DNA of 64,000 nucleotides. It comes from Enteractinococcus helveticum. GTDB taxonomy: Bacteria; Actinomycetota; Actinomycetes; Actinomycetales; Micrococcaceae. The stretch spans positions 4,007 to 68,006 of the forward strand of contig NZ_DYXC01000098.1 of NCBI RefSeq assembly GCF_020742345.1, given 5' to 3'. A program made the translations under genes and the position numbers. This document shows, in pieces, positions 35,388 through 46,235 of this stretch. Below the pieces are notes generated by a model. The model ran no database searches. It was not told where the DNA came from and saw nothing but the letters and a program-made list of their open reading frames with translations. Positions within the stretch are counted from its first letter, which is position 1, and each line of letters begins with the position of its first letter.

Positions 35388-36320
35388 TTGCTGAAAACAG
35401 CCCTCAAGCCCCGGTGGATCGGATTCTTGCTGCTGACCCTAGCGGTCGCATCCGTGTTCGTCCTGCTCACGAAATGGCAATTTGAACAATCCACTTCGAA
35501 CCAACCCCGCGCCCACGAGGTCACCGAAACACCTGTGGAGTTGACGGACCACTTCCAGCCGGGAGTGCCGATGATGTCTGATCAGGCTGACCAGATGGTC
35601 ACCTTCACCGGGCAGCTGGATCCGCGCAAATCAGTCCAGGTCGAATCTCGGCTTCATGACGGCGTCCAAGGACTCTGGCTGGTGTCCAGCGCCAGCGTAC
35701 AAGGCGCTGCAGACAACAACCGGATTCCCGTGGTGTGGGGTTGGATTGCAGAAGAAATCCAAGCCACCGGCGACGAGCTCACCCAACTATTTGAAGACTC
35801 CACGGGTCTGTCAGCCACCGACACCATCCAATTTACCGGCCGCCTGATTCCGGGTGAGGGGCCCACGCCCAATACCAACCACTTCATTGAACCTCAGCGC
35901 ACCCAGATGTTAGCCACGGCTGAATTGGTGAACTTGTGGAATGAACCGCTGTATGCCGGCTATGTGGTAGCTGAAACTTTTGCGGTCAACGGCACCGAAC
36001 ACGTGGTATCCGGGGCCGGAGTTGAGGGTGTAGAAACCGCACCGCAACCCGAAGAAGCCCAAGTTGCCTGGCTTAATGTGTTCTATGCAATCGAATGGTT
36101 CACCTTCGCAATATTCTCGTTGTATCTGTGGTGGCGATTCGTACGTGATGACCACATGAAAGAGCTACGCGAGGCCGAACTCGATGAGCTGTGGGAAGAA
36201 CATTGGAAAGCCAAAGAACTCCAACGCCTACGTGAGCAAGCACGCCAAGAAAAAGCTGCCGCCGAACGTGCCTACCGTGCATACCACGGACACGGCACCG
36301 ATGAGCAGAAAGACGAGTGA
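35388..36320 (+). CDS. SURF1-family membrane protein
   Basis: LLKTALKPRW, TM then KWQ, C-terminal NVFYAIEWFTFA; TTG start inferred. Confidence 0.8.
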   Translation: MLKTALKPRWIGFLLLTLAVASVFVLLTKWQFEQSTSNQPRAHEVTETPVELTDHFQPGVPMMSDQADQMVTFTGQLDPRKSVQVESRLHDGVQGLWLVSSASVQGAADNNRIPVVWGWIAEEIQATGDELTQLFEDSTGLSATDTIQFTGRLIPGEGPTPNTNHFIEPQRTQMLATAELVNLWNEPLYAGYVVAETFAVNGTEHVVSGAGVEGVETAPQPEEAQVAWLNVFYAIEWFTFAIFSLYLWWRFVRDDHMKELREAELDELWEEHWKAKELQRLREQARQEKAAAERAYRAYHGHGTDEQKDE

Positions 36321-36326
36321 AACGTT

Positions 36327-36875
36327 ATGACACACGAAAACAACACCCCACCGGTTGACCCAGCCACCCTGCCAGATCCCGAAGACATCACGATCGACGA
36401 CATCGGCCAAGCCCCACCGCGCCCTGAAAGTCAAAAGAAACGCCGCTTCGGTGGCACCCACCGTCAAATCCGCAGCGCCATGGGTCTGTATAAATTTACC
36501 TCCTGGCTCACCGGGATCTTCTTGCTGCTGCTGGTCCTGCAAATGATCGTCAAATACGGGTTCCAGCGTGAACTCTTTGCCGGCGGAACGACCGAAGACG
36601 GTACCGAGTTCGTCTTGGGGCTGTACCACGAACAAATGGTGGTCGAGGGCATCAACATTTCATTACTCGTGCTGATCGTGCACGGCTGGTTATATGTACT
36701 GTATCTGCTGGCCTGTTTCCGGTTATGGTCAATGATGCGCTGGGGCGGCGTCCGACTGCTGGCCATGGCCGGTGGTGGCGTTGTGCCCTTCCTATCGTTC
36801 TTTGTGGAAAAGAAAGTCAACCGCCAAGCCGAAGTGGAACTCGCAACCCACCCCGAAGCAGTCCTGCGGTATTAA
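36327..36875 (+). CDS. DUF3817-like membrane protein
   Basis: HGWLYVLYL...GGVVPFLSFFVE. Confidence 0.75.
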   Translation: MTHENNTPPVDPATLPDPEDITIDDIGQAPPRPESQKKRRFGGTHRQIRSAMGLYKFTSWLTGIFLLLLVLQMIVKYGFQRELFAGGTTEDGTEFVLGLYHEQMVVEGINISLLVLIVHGWLYVLYLLACFRLWSMMRWGGVRLLAMAGGGVVPFLSFFVEKKVNRQAEVELATHPEAVLRY

Positions 36876-36926
36876 CCGCGCAACCTGTCTCGGCGCCCCA
36901 ACTGATCGTCCTCTAGAATAAAGATC

Positions 36927-38522
36927 GTGATGACTACACCCCAGCATGCTCAAACTCCGGCTCCAAACACCGTCATCGTTGTCGACTACGGCTCCGACGA
37001 CGCCCAACTACTGGCCCGCCGAATTCGCGAAGCCAAGGTCTATTCCGAAGTCCACTCCTACACAACAGGTGCAGAAGCTATCCTGGCGGCCCAACCAGCC
37101 GCCTTGGTGATTGCCGTCCGCTCGACGGCCACCGAAGATCTGCCGGTTATTGACCAGCGGCTACTCACCGCAGGCATCCCAGTACTTGCTGTTGGTGGCG
37201 GATTCATAGCGGTGACCAAAGCGTTGGGCGCAACCGTGGCGGAGTCCCCACAACACCACGTCGGCACCGTAGAAGTCGCCAACATTGATGACAACGCCGT
37301 GTTATTCTCCGGTCAAGACACCGTCCAAGACGTCGCAACCAATCACGCACATCACGTTGTAGACGCCCCCGAGGGCTTTGTGATCACCGCATCGCATGAC
37401 ACCATGCCGGTGGCTGCCGCCGAAAACCCAGAGACCAAGATCTATGGCACCGCCTGGAATCTCGCCTCCCAAGATTCCAGTAACGGATTTGCCGCGATCA
37501 AGAATTTCTTATTTATCGCCGCCGATCTGTCCCCTGACTGGTCGGTCGAGCAAGTGATCGAACAACAAGTCGCGGCTATTCGCCAGCAAATCGGCAACAA
37601 ACGCGCAATCATCGGCTTATCGGGTGGTGTGGATTCCGCAGTTGCTGCAGCACTGGTACAGCGTGCCGTTGGTGATCAACTGACCGCCGTCTACGTCAAC
37701 CACGGGCTCATGCGCAAAAACGAATCCGCTGAGATTCAACAGGCATTTGGGGATTCCAATGGTGCGCGGCTGATCATGATCGATGCCGAAGACGAATTTC
37801 TAACCGCACTTGAAGGCGTCTCGGATCCAGAACAAAAACGCAAGATCATTGGCGACCGTTTCATCCGAACTTTTGAACAAGCAGAAGCCGACATTGTGGC
37901 AGAATCGGCTCACGACCCCGAAGCCGCCGACGTCAAATTTCTGGTCCAGGGCACCATCTACCCGGACGTCATCGAATCGGGGGATGCCGATGGCTCGAAG
38001 GTCATCAAATCCCACCACAACGTGGGTGGGCTACCCGAAGATCTTGAGTTCGAACTCGTAGAACCCCTTCGTCAACTCTTCAAAGATGAAGTCCGTGAAG
38101 TTGGCTCCAAACTGGGCCTGCCCGATGAAATCGTCTGGCGTCAACCATTCCCGGGGCCCGGTCTCGGTATCCGAATTGTAGGAGCCATCACCAAACAACG
38201 CCTGGACCTGCTGCGTGAAGCCGACGCCATAGTGCGTGAAGAACTCACTGCAAATGGCCTGGATCGACAGATTTGGCAGTCACCGGTCGTATTATTGGCT
38301 GATGTACGCTCCGTTGGTGTCAGCGACGGCGGACGAACCTACGGCCACCCGATCGTGTTACGTCCGGTGCATTCCGAAGACGCGATGACCGCGACATTTG
38401 CCCGTATCCCGTATGACCTGCTGGATCATATTTCCCAGCGCATAACTTCCGAAGTCGAAGGCATCAACCGAGTGGTATTGGACATCACCGGCAAACCGCC
38501 CGGCACGATCGAATGGGAATAA
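36927..38522 (+). CDS. guaA: GMP synthase with degenerate glutamine amidotransferase domain
   Basis: Intact [53 protein letters not shown]; GATase triad absent. Confidence 0.95.
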   Translation: MMTTPQHAQTPAPNTVIVVDYGSDDAQLLARRIREAKVYSEVHSYTTGAEAILAAQPAALVIAVRSTATEDLPVIDQRLLTAGIPVLAVGGGFIAVTKALGATVAESPQHHVGTVEVANIDDNAVLFSGQDTVQDVATNHAHHVVDAPEGFVITASHDTMPVAAAENPETKIYGTAWNLASQDSSNGFAAIKNFLFIAADLSPDWSVEQVIEQQVAAIRQQIGNKRAIIGLSGGVDSAVAAALVQRAVGDQLTAVYVNHGLMRKNESAEIQQAFGDSNGARLIMIDAEDEFLTALEGVSDPEQKRKIIGDRFIRTFEQAEADIVAESAHDPEAADVKFLVQGTIYPDVIESGDADGSKVIKSHHNVGGLPEDLEFELVEPLRQLFKDEVREVGSKLGLPDEIVWRQPFPGPGLGIRIVGAITKQRLDLLREADAIVREELTANGLDRQIWQSPVVLLADVRSVGVSDGGRTYGHPIVLRPVHSEDAMTATFARIPYDLLDHISQRITSEVEGINRVVLDITGKPPGTIEWE

Positions 38523-38668
38523 CAGGCTGGCCGGCCCGAATATCTGATCGGAGCCAGAGTCTTTGACGATCGGCGCGTTATCGGCGATTCGTGTGGTGTG
38601 GCAACGCCAAACTTGCGTCCGAAGGCATTAGAGTCATTAAGGTGCAACCTGTATCAATCACAGGAAGG

Positions 38669-41600
38669 ATGAGCGTGAGCCGCGAGAACCATGACGTCGA
38701 GCTAGACGATGTAGCGCTGTCTGCCGACCAGGTCGACGAAAACATCGATGTGGCGGCAGGCGAGTCTGACCATGAAATTGAACCGGACGATCTCAGCGAC
38801 GATAGTGTATCAGCGGATGAAAGCACCTCTGATGAAGATCACGACGCCGTCGATCCGGTTGCGGTTGCCGAACAAGACTTTTCCCGCTGGCTGTCCGAGA
38901 TCGCCACGGGCACCGAAACCGACACGATGCTGCGCTATGCGCCCACAAGATCGAACTCGATTGACATCACTCATTCGCAACCCAGTGGGCTAACCCAGTT
39001 CTTATCTGCTCGACGCACCCGGTTAACCACGCTGCTACGGGATCAGCCCGGCATGCAGCATAGCATCGACACCGCAGAAGCCATTGACACGAAGGTTCAA
39101 GAACTGCTGGCTGATCGTGGCATTAATGTCGGCTACCTGGCAGCTGGGCTGGCAACCTGGCGGGTAACCGAAGACGGTATCAACCAACAACTGTCCGCAC
39201 CGGTACTATTAGCCCCGATACGGTTAGCGGCTCGTCCTAACCATGATGACTACGACGTCCAAATTGTTGGGGCAGCCCGACTCAACCCAGCACTGGTACG
39301 CTACTTCGCGGATCAATATGGCATCGCGTTGGACCCACAAAGCCATGAGGAAGCCGCTTACACCACGGCCAAACTCGAACCACTGCCCGCCTTGGAACTC
39401 CTGCGCGCCCACACCACCAAAATCCGTGGACTCGTGGTGGAACACAGGCTGCTGATTTCCACGTTTGCTGATCTGTCCGACACCGCATCTCGCGAAGTCG
39501 TGGACCCTGATCATGAAGTCATCAGTCAACTCTATGAAGTCGGTGCCGGGACCGAAGACGCCGTCCAGCTGGATCAAGCCCCAGAGTTGGTGCACACCCC
39601 AACACCTTTGGATGAACGCGATCCGGCAGACGAAGTACTGGTGGTCGATCTAGATCAATCGCAGCAACAAGCTGTCGATCACATTCTGGCTGGCGAGTCG
39701 CTCGTCGTTTCAGCTCCACCGGGTACCGGTCAGACCCAAACCGCGGTGGCCGCGGCCGTTGGGCTAGCAGCGCAAGGCAAACGGACCCTGGTGATTGCGG
39801 AAAAAACCTCAACACTGACCGAATTTTCGAACCGGCTTGCTGGTTTACAACTTGACCCCCTGGTCTTGGGAGTACAGGCTGATACCGGTTCTAAAGAAGT
39901 TACCGAACAACTGATTCGCTCGCTGCTGTCTGCAGAACGCGCCAAAGAGCCCGCGGTACGACGGATTCACCAAACTCTGCGTGACGTGCGCAGCCAGCTG
40001 GTCGAACATACGAATTCGCTACACGAAGTACGTGAGCGCTGGCAATGCTCGCCAGTGCAAGCCATGAACGAACTGGTCACGTTGATGAATGCAGACCCGG
40101 CTCCGGCCACCTCGGTACGGCTGAAGCGTTCGGTACTGGATGCCACCGTGGACCGGAAAGAAGTCGCAGAACAGCTGCGCTATGCTGCTGAACTTGGTGC
40201 CTTTGACCAGTCGTCTACCGAATCACCCTGGTATGGTGCACGCTTGCGCAACGTACATGAGGCGGAAGCGGCACTTGAACTGGCCCAGCAAGTTCACGAC
40301 GATCTTGGAGACGTCGCCCCCAGGTTAGAAAGCGCAACCTCACACGCGCAATTGACCATGGGCAGCAGCATCGAAGAGTGGACCAAACAAGTCGAATTGC
40401 TGCGCGAAGTGCGCGACACCCTGGATAAATTCACCCCCGATATTTTCGATCGACCCGTCACCGATCTCATTGCGGCCACTGCAACCGGCGCCTGGCGAAA
40501 AGAACACAACATCGATATGTCAGCTATGACGCGCACCAGATTGCGCTGGCTGGCTCGCGAATACATCCGCCCGGGTGTTGATGTGCCCAACCTCCACGAA
40601 GCGCTCATCAAAGTCCAAGACCAACTCACCGGTTGGAACCAGTGGACTACCTCAAAACGCAATCCGGTTATCCCGACCGGGGTTGAAGCCCTGGCCGAAG
40701 ACACCCACCAGCTGTATGACAACCTCAACCGATTACAAGACATGCTCGCCCCGGCGACAACCGAAGCGCACCATCTGACCCGCATCGATGCCGGAGACCT
40801 CCACGATGTGCTCTCCCAGCTGGTAGACGATGCCCAAACGTTGCATACGCTGCCGGAACGTACCATCGTCATTGACCAGCTCACCGAACAAGGATTAGAC
40901 GAGCTGCTTATCGATTTCCAGCAACGTGGTGTTACCGCAGACCAGGTCACCCTGGAGTTGGAAGTTGCCTGGTGGCAATCAGCGCTGGAAGCCATGATCT
41001 CGGCTGATGAACACCTTGCAGCAACCACTGGACGGCAGCTCTCCCGCCTGGAAGAAGAATTCCGCATCGCCGATACCGCGCACCTAGAATCCGGGCCCTC
41101 GCGCGTCCGGCACAAACTTGCTGTGTCCTGGGAGAAAGCAACCCGGGACTACCCAGACGCCGCAGATTCGCTGCGTCGCCTGCTGCGCACCGGTGCTGCA
41201 ACGGTGGAAACCATACTGGGCATCAACCCTAAGCTGCTCCAACCCCTGGTGCCGATCTATACGACCTCGCCGTTGGCATTAGCCGATCTTGCCCCCGGGA
41301 TCACTTTCGACACAGTACTCATCTTGGACTCCGAAACCATCGGTCTGGCCACCGGAATGGGCGCAATCTCACGCGCGGATCAAGTAGTTGCCTTTGGTGA
41401 CGCCGTCTCTGGACGACCCGTAGGCTTTCACGTCTCCGTGGACCCCACGGCACGCGCTGCACAACCCCGCCAAGCCGAATCCGTCCATGCCGCACTCAGC
41501 AGGGTGTTACCATCGGTGCCGCTGAAAGTCATGCATCGCGGGGTCAACCAGTATTTGGCTCGAACCCTGGGCGATCAGCTCTACAACGGGGGACTAGACC

Positions 41601-42589
41601 GGGCTCCGACCCCGCAAGAAATCGCCACCAGCTCGCAAAGCGGCATCACGGTGGAATATCTCACAACTCCAGGCAGCCCAGGGATGGGTGACGACGGCGT
41701 GGAATCCACCACCGCAGAAGTTACCCGCACCGTTGATGCAGTCTTTGAACACTTCAAACACAAACCCGAAGAATCCCTGGTTGTGATTGCCGCCAACCCG
41801 GCACACGCCCGCAGGATCGCCGAATCGATCCGCTACAACCTGCCGAACCACCGGTGGGCTATGAAGTTCTTTAGCACCGAAACCTCCCCCAGTGGCCAGG
41901 GCTTCGTCGTAGCCCCGATGGAACGAGCTCACGGCCTGGTAGCAGATCATGTGATCTTCACCCTGGGTTACGGACGAACCTCGACCGGCAAAGTGGTGCA
42001 TCACTTTGGCCCCCTGTCTGAACTCCATGGCGTGGAATACTACGCGACCGCATTTACCCGCGCCCGCCGTCAGATCACCGTATTTACGGCAATTCACCCA
42101 CAAGAAATCAATACCAGAAATCTCATGTCGGGGGCCAAACACTTCTGGGACTTGCTCATCAACCTGCCCGCCACAGTTGGCCCGCCGGTCAAGGCACCCG
42201 AATCTGAACCCCTGGACCATCTCAGTCACGACTTCGTCCAACACCTGTCTGCACGCGGTGCCGCGTATCATTTCGACACCAAAGAGTTCACCGATCTATT
42301 GCTCTACACACCGCAACACCATCGGCCGGACTACTACTGTGAAAAATACCTGCCGGTGGCAGTCAGCTATGACGGTGCGACTCGCTACCGCCACACACCA
42401 GTACGCACCAGGACTCGCACCGTGCCAGCCCAGTTAGCCAAATTGGGGTGGCACAATGATGCGCTGTGGGCAATCGACGTCTTTACGGATCCACTGGGGG
42501 TCGCCAAAGCCTTCGCCGAGAAACTCCAGCTACCGGAACAAGCCGGCTACCTCGACTATGACGATCACGACCGGCATAACTATGGCTAA
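38669..42589 (+). CDS. DUF4011-type / SF1 helicase-like large protein with degenerate motifs
   Basis: LSAPVLLAPIRL and LNPAL (DUF4011-like), DQSQQQAV, APPGTGQTQT, FTLGYGR, FTRARRQI, C-terminal DGA..LAKLGW..W..D nuclease-like tail; GGAAGG RBS. Confidence 0.8.
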   Translation: MSVSRENHDVELDDVALSADQVDENIDVAAGESDHEIEPDDLSDDSVSADESTSDEDHDAVDPVAVAEQDFSRWLSEIATGTETDTMLRYAPTRSNSIDITHSQPSGLTQFLSARRTRLTTLLRDQPGMQHSIDTAEAIDTKVQELLADRGINVGYLAAGLATWRVTEDGINQQLSAPVLLAPIRLAARPNHDDYDVQIVGAARLNPALVRYFADQYGIALDPQSHEEAAYTTAKLEPLPALELLRAHTTKIRGLVVEHRLLISTFADLSDTASREVVDPDHEVISQLYEVGAGTEDAVQLDQAPELVHTPTPLDERDPADEVLVVDLDQSQQQAVDHILAGESLVVSAPPGTGQTQTAVAAAVGLAAQGKRTLVIAEKTSTLTEFSNRLAGLQLDPLVLGVQADTGSKEVTEQLIRSLLSAERAKEPAVRRIHQTLRDVRSQLVEHTNSLHEVRERWQCSPVQAMNELVTLMNADPAPATSVRLKRSVLDATVDRKEVAEQLRYAAELGAFDQSSTESPWYGARLRNVHEAEAALELAQQVHDDLGDVAPRLESATSHAQLTMGSSIEEWTKQVELLREVRDTLDKFTPDIFDRPVTDLIAATATGAWRKEHNIDMSAMTRTRLRWLAREYIRPGVDVPNLHEALIKVQDQLTGWNQWTTSKRNPVIPTGVEALAEDTHQLYDNLNRLQDMLAPATTEAHHLTRIDAGDLHDVLSQLVDDAQTLHTLPERTIVIDQLTEQGLDELLIDFQQRGVTADQVTLELEVAWWQSALEAMISADEHLAATTGRQLSRLEEEFRIADTAHLESGPSRVRHKLAVSWEKATRDYPDAADSLRRLLRTGAATVETILGINPKLLQPLVPIYTTSPLALADLAPGITFDTVLILDSETIGLATGMGAISRADQVVAFGDAVSGRPVGFHVSVDPTARAAQPRQAESVHAALSRVLPSVPLKVMHRGVNQYLARTLGDQLYNGGLDRAPTPQEIATSSQSGITVEYLTTPGSPGMGDDGVESTTAEVTRTVDAVFEHFKHKPEESLVVIAANPAHARRIAESIRYNLPNHRWAMKFFSTETSPSGQGFVVAPMERAHGLVADHVIFTLGYGRTSTGKVVHHFGPLSELHGVEYYATAFTRARRQITVFTAIHPQEINTRNLMSGAKHFWDLLINLPATVGPPVKAPESEPLDHLSHDFVQHLSARGAAYHFDTKEFTDLLLYTPQHHRPDYYCEKYLPVAVSYDGATRYRHTPVRTRTRTVPAQLAKLGWHNDALWAIDVFTDPLGVAKAFAEKLQLPEQAGYLDYDDHDRHNYG

Positions 42590-42806
42590 AACTCCTGAAG
42601 CTCACGACGACGCGGCCGCACACCAGAAGCAGCCGCGCAACAAGCGCAGACCACGTCGTGCCACCGCTGCAGGCACCGGTCCGACCTCAGCAGACGGCAC
42701 GGAACCGCGCCTAGACGACGTCCTGCCCAGGGCAAAGCAGCTCAAAAAGACTCCGCTGTCAGCACGTGACCGCTGGATGCTGGGCGAAAAACCCCCGCAC
42801 TATTAA
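42582..42806 (+). CDS. Small basic hypothetical protein
   Basis: Overlaps upstream stop; Arg-rich N-terminus; ends RDRWMLGEKPPHY, resembling a small actinobacterial family (recall). Confidence 0.65.
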   Translation: MAKTPEAHDDAAAHQKQPRNKRRPRRATAAGTGPTSADGTEPRLDDVLPRAKQLKKTPLSARDRWMLGEKPPHY

Positions 42807-43420
42807 ACCCAGTGGAACCCTCTGGCAGCCGTCACCACGGCCTGCACCGCTAGATCATGTGCTTCAACCGGAAAAACGTTGTCTTCTGCGTCAAATACCT
42901 CGTGATCAAAAAGCGGCGTCACCAGCCACGGCATGCGATCAGTCAGCTGGGGGAGTTGCGCTAAGAACCGATCATAATAACCTCCACCTTTGCCCAGACG
43001 ATACCCGGCGGTATCTGCGACCAGGGCAGGCACCAAGACGACATCGGCATCCGCAACCTGTTCTGGTCCGAAACGCTCACCAACCGGCTCCTGAATTGGC
43101 CCAAAATCGGAGGTGACCATCTCCACATCCGGGCTCCAACGAACCCACGACATCGAACGATCACCGTGAGAAATAGGGACCCACACCTCCACCCCATCAT
43201 CGTAGAGGGCATGCATGACCGGATCCGTATCGGGCTCGGTACCAAACTTGATCGTCATCGTCACCTTGCCAGAAGGACGCTGTGCAGGCTCTAAACCGCG
43301 ATACCAGCCCAGCAAATGCTCGTTGAGCACCGCCGATTGACGCTGACGTTCCTGAGCGCCTAATTGGGTGCGCTGGGCAAAAAATTGCTTACGAAGTGCA
43401 TCTTTTGAATCCTGAGTCAT
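42803..43420 (-). CDS. 5-formyltetrahydrofolate cyclo-ligase
   Basis: KDALR, EPDT, VLVPALVADTAGYRLGKGGGYYDRFL, PVEAHD. Confidence 0.93.
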   Translation of the reverse strand: MTQDSKDALRKQFFAQRTQLGAQERQRQSAVLNEHLLGWYRGLEPAQRPSGKVTMTIKFGTEPDTDPVMHALYDDGVEVWVPISHGDRSMSWVRWSPDVEMVTSDFGPIQEPVGERFGPEQVADADVVLVPALVADTAGYRLGKGGGYYDRFLAQLPQLTDRMPWLVTPLFDHEVFDAEDNVFPVEAHDLAVQAVVTAARGFHWV

Positions 43421-43494
43421 GATCTCATTCTGACACCCGTATCCAGCCAAGCAAACACACCGTCGACGACGCAGACCTCCTAGAATGGTGCATC

Positions 43495-44115
43495 ATGAGT
43501 CGTTTTTCTGCGCTACCTATCAGCTGGCCGGTCATTCTGGAACATGAAGATCTCATCCTGGCCCCACTGCGCTACACCCATCGCAAACAGTGGTTTGAGG
43601 TTCGCAGACGCAACCACGATTGGTTACAACCCTGGGAGGCCACTGACCCCACTGGCAACCACCAGGCCATGTCCTATCCGGCAATGGTGCGCGCCCACAA
43701 CCGAGATGGTGCAGCCGGCGTTTCCTATCCCTGGGCGATATTTAAGAACTCAAGATCAGATAAGAAAGACCAACTCGTCGGCCAAATGATTGCAGCACCC
43801 GTGTTGTGGGGGTCCATGCGTACCACGACGTTAGGGTACTGGGTCGATCAGACCTATGCAGGACAGAATATTGTGCCACGGTCGGTTGCCTTAGCCACTG
43901 ACTACCTATTAACACGAGTGGGCCTACACCGCATTGAAATTAATATTGTGCCGGACAACGCCGCTTCCCTACGGGTGGTAGAGAAACTCGGACTCCGGTC
44001 AGAAGGAATCCGAAAAGACTATATCCACATCAATGGAACCTGGCGTGATCACGAATCATTTGCTATAACGCGAGACGAATTACCACCCGGAGGGCTCTTA
44101 TCCCGGCTGACATAA
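43495..44115 (+). CDS. RimJ/RimL-family GNAT N-acetyltransferase
   Basis: WLQPWEAT, LGYWVD, GLHRIEINIVPDNAASLRVVEKLG, WRDH. Confidence 0.9.
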   Translation: MSRFSALPISWPVILEHEDLILAPLRYTHRKQWFEVRRRNHDWLQPWEATDPTGNHQAMSYPAMVRAHNRDGAAGVSYPWAIFKNSRSDKKDQLVGQMIAAPVLWGSMRTTTLGYWVDQTYAGQNIVPRSVALATDYLLTRVGLHRIEINIVPDNAASLRVVEKLGLRSEGIRKDYIHINGTWRDHESFAITRDELPPGGLLSRLT

Positions 44116-44193
44116 CCATTTCTCTGGGCCAACCTGGCAACACACGACCATGAAATCGACCACTTTCAGATCCCGCAGTATATCGTAATAGGC

Positions 44194-45027
44194 GTGGATA
44201 CTCGCATCCGAGAGCTTGAAGAGTCGCTGGCCGCTACGCTCGGATTTCTTCCTGAAATCGATATCGCCAGCTCGATAGTGGTGCTGGTTGTAGTCGTAGC
44301 CGGCGTGACTTTGCTTGCGCGACGCCCGGATGTGGTTCTGCGCACCCGTCAACGACGTGAATCCCGCCAACGAAGGAAAGCAATGCATTCTTCCCCCACT
44401 TCTACGCACTCCGGCGGCACTGGATTCTCAATTCGCTGGGGCCGATTAAGCATTTTTGCACTCGGAGCCCTCTCACTGACCACCATGCTGATTGCCGGCA
44501 TCGCCGGAATCTTTGGTGCAGGAACCTGGCTACTGGCCGGGATCTGTCTGCTCATTACCGCAGGATGCTACGGTATCCTGCGCGGTCTGGTCATCTTGGA
44601 CTCCAAAAAGCGCGCCCGAGAACGCGAACAACTCACCATTTCTGAAGGCCTTGAGACCTCCATTGCTACCTACACCACCCACCAACAGCGACGAGCCTCG
44701 CTGGCGCACCGCAATGATGAAGTCTTTGACTTTGCTGATGAACCAGAACGTCAGCAACAGGCTATCGAAGAAGATACCGAAGAACCCGTAGCGGATGCCC
44801 CGGCGCCGATCCCCGCCCGGATCCCGCTGCCACGCCCCATGTACTTGGATGCTCCTGAGGTGACTCGTGAAGCACCGCAGCCACTGGAAACACCGCAGAA
44901 GCCCACTCCATCGCGCGATGTGCAGCTTTCGGAAGGCGTCTCAAGCGAATACCAAGAAAAGATCGCCGAAAAAGCCAATACCCGTTTAGATCTTGATAAA
45001 GTTCTCAACCGTCGTCGGGCGATCTAA
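44194..45027 (+). CDS. Membrane protein, possibly SepX/GlpR-like
   Basis: TM segments, PLPRPMY motif and C-terminal LDLDKVLNRRRA; position after the RimJ-like gene. Confidence 0.6.
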   Translation: MDTRIRELEESLAATLGFLPEIDIASSIVVLVVVVAGVTLLARRPDVVLRTRQRRESRQRRKAMHSSPTSTHSGGTGFSIRWGRLSIFALGALSLTTMLIAGIAGIFGAGTWLLAGICLLITAGCYGILRGLVILDSKKRAREREQLTISEGLETSIATYTTHQQRRASLAHRNDEVFDFADEPERQQQAIEEDTEEPVADAPAPIPARIPLPRPMYLDAPEVTREAPQPLETPQKPTPSRDVQLSEGVSSEYQEKIAEKANTRLDLDKVLNRRRAI

Positions 45028-45041
45028 GGGGCTAGCGCACA

Positions 45042-46235
45042 ATGTTCACCGGTGGGTTTGGGCCATTTCGTGCTACCCAACTCACTGAGTTGCTCAGTGA
45101 CGTCCTGAACCGCTCTGGCCGTCAATTGCACCATGCCGTACTGCATGACGTCCAATACCGCAGGGGTCACTACTATGCCATTATGGAAGCCAACGTTCGG
45201 CTGCCCGGGGGAGAGCCGAGCCAAGCTTTCTACGGTATAACAACCGCACAAGTACCCTTTGACGCCGTCGGCTATTTCGCCACCATTGCGGACATCGACA
45301 TTTTCGTCTGGCAGCACCCCGCCGATCCGTTGCTGCCGGGTTTACGATTAGCAGCCACCCCGGCACAGGTCCGTGAGCACTTTGTTCCCGATCGAGAATT
45401 AACTGCGTTGAGCGCGGTGATTTACCGGCCACTGAACCGCGCGGTGTTTCAAGCTCGGCTGGCACCTACGACTGCCGGTGGACTCAGCGATACGCTCTTT
45501 CTGAAAGTCCTGCGCTCCGGGACCGCCCAACCGGTCTATGCAATGCATCAGCTGCTGGCTGCAGCACACGTGCCAGTGGTGACTCCGGTTGCGGAACCGA
45601 TCTCGGATGTCCTGGCGCTGCCAGGCGGCAGGGGCATGCCGCTGGGCGAATATACCCGGGCCGAAGGGGCACATAACCGTTTCGACTCCCTGGAGCTGAT
45701 CGATATGTTAGATCGGTTCCCCGCTGAGATCATGCAACGACCCCAACACGCCTCCTGGGCGGATCGTCACCAGGAATTCATAAGCTCCGCACGGCGCACG
45801 ATGCCACAAGAAAGCGAACGGATCACCCGGTTGGGTGCCAGACTCCAACGCGCGCACGAACATATCCGGCTTGGACCGATTGTGCCCACCCATGGTGATC
45901 TATATGAGGCGCACATTTTGGTGGATCCCATCACCGGTAAAATACAGCAACTCCTGGACGTGGACGGGGCTGGTCCAGGCTACCGGGTGGATGATTATGC
46001 GTGCTTGATCGGACACCTAGCAGTCTTGGGATACAACGATCCGCAACCCTGGGGCTGGCAAACCGCTATGGTCACCTTCCAACGCCTGGCTGAGCATACA
46101 GATCCTAGAACCCTGGCGGTGCGAGCCACCACGGTTGTCATCAGTCTTATCCCGGCATATCAACCCGATGCCGAAACTCAGTCCAGAGGTAGAGCCTATC
46201 TGACAATTGCTGAAGCCCTCATGCAGCTGGCCTAG
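45042..46235 (+). CDS. APH/kinase-like phosphotransferase
   Basis: HPADPLLPGL, FLKVLR, THGDLYEAHIL, LLDVD. Confidence 0.8.
   Translation: MFTGGFGPFRATQLTELLSDVLNRSGRQLHHAVLHDVQYRRGHYYAIMEANVRLPGGEPSQAFYGITTAQVPFDAVGYFATIADIDIFVWQHPADPLLPGLRLAATPAQVREHFVPDRELTALSAVIYRPLNRAVFQARLAPTTAGGLSDTLFLKVLRSGTAQPVYAMHQLLAAAHVPVVTPVAEPISDVLALPGGRGMPLGEYTRAEGAHNRFDSLELIDMLDRFPAEIMQRPQHASWADRHQEFISSARRTMPQESERITRLGARLQRAHEHIRLGPIVPTHGDLYEAHILVDPITGKIQQLLDVDGAGPGYRVDDYACLIGHLAVLGYNDPQPWGWQTAMVTFQRLAEHTDPRTLAVRATTVVISLIPAYQPDAETQSRGRAYLTIAEALMQLA

Noticed and set aside
45028..45040. GGGGCTAGCGCAC resembling the 5' end of tRNA-Ala
   Set aside because: Only 13 nt, no cloverleaf, and it runs directly into the next CDS.
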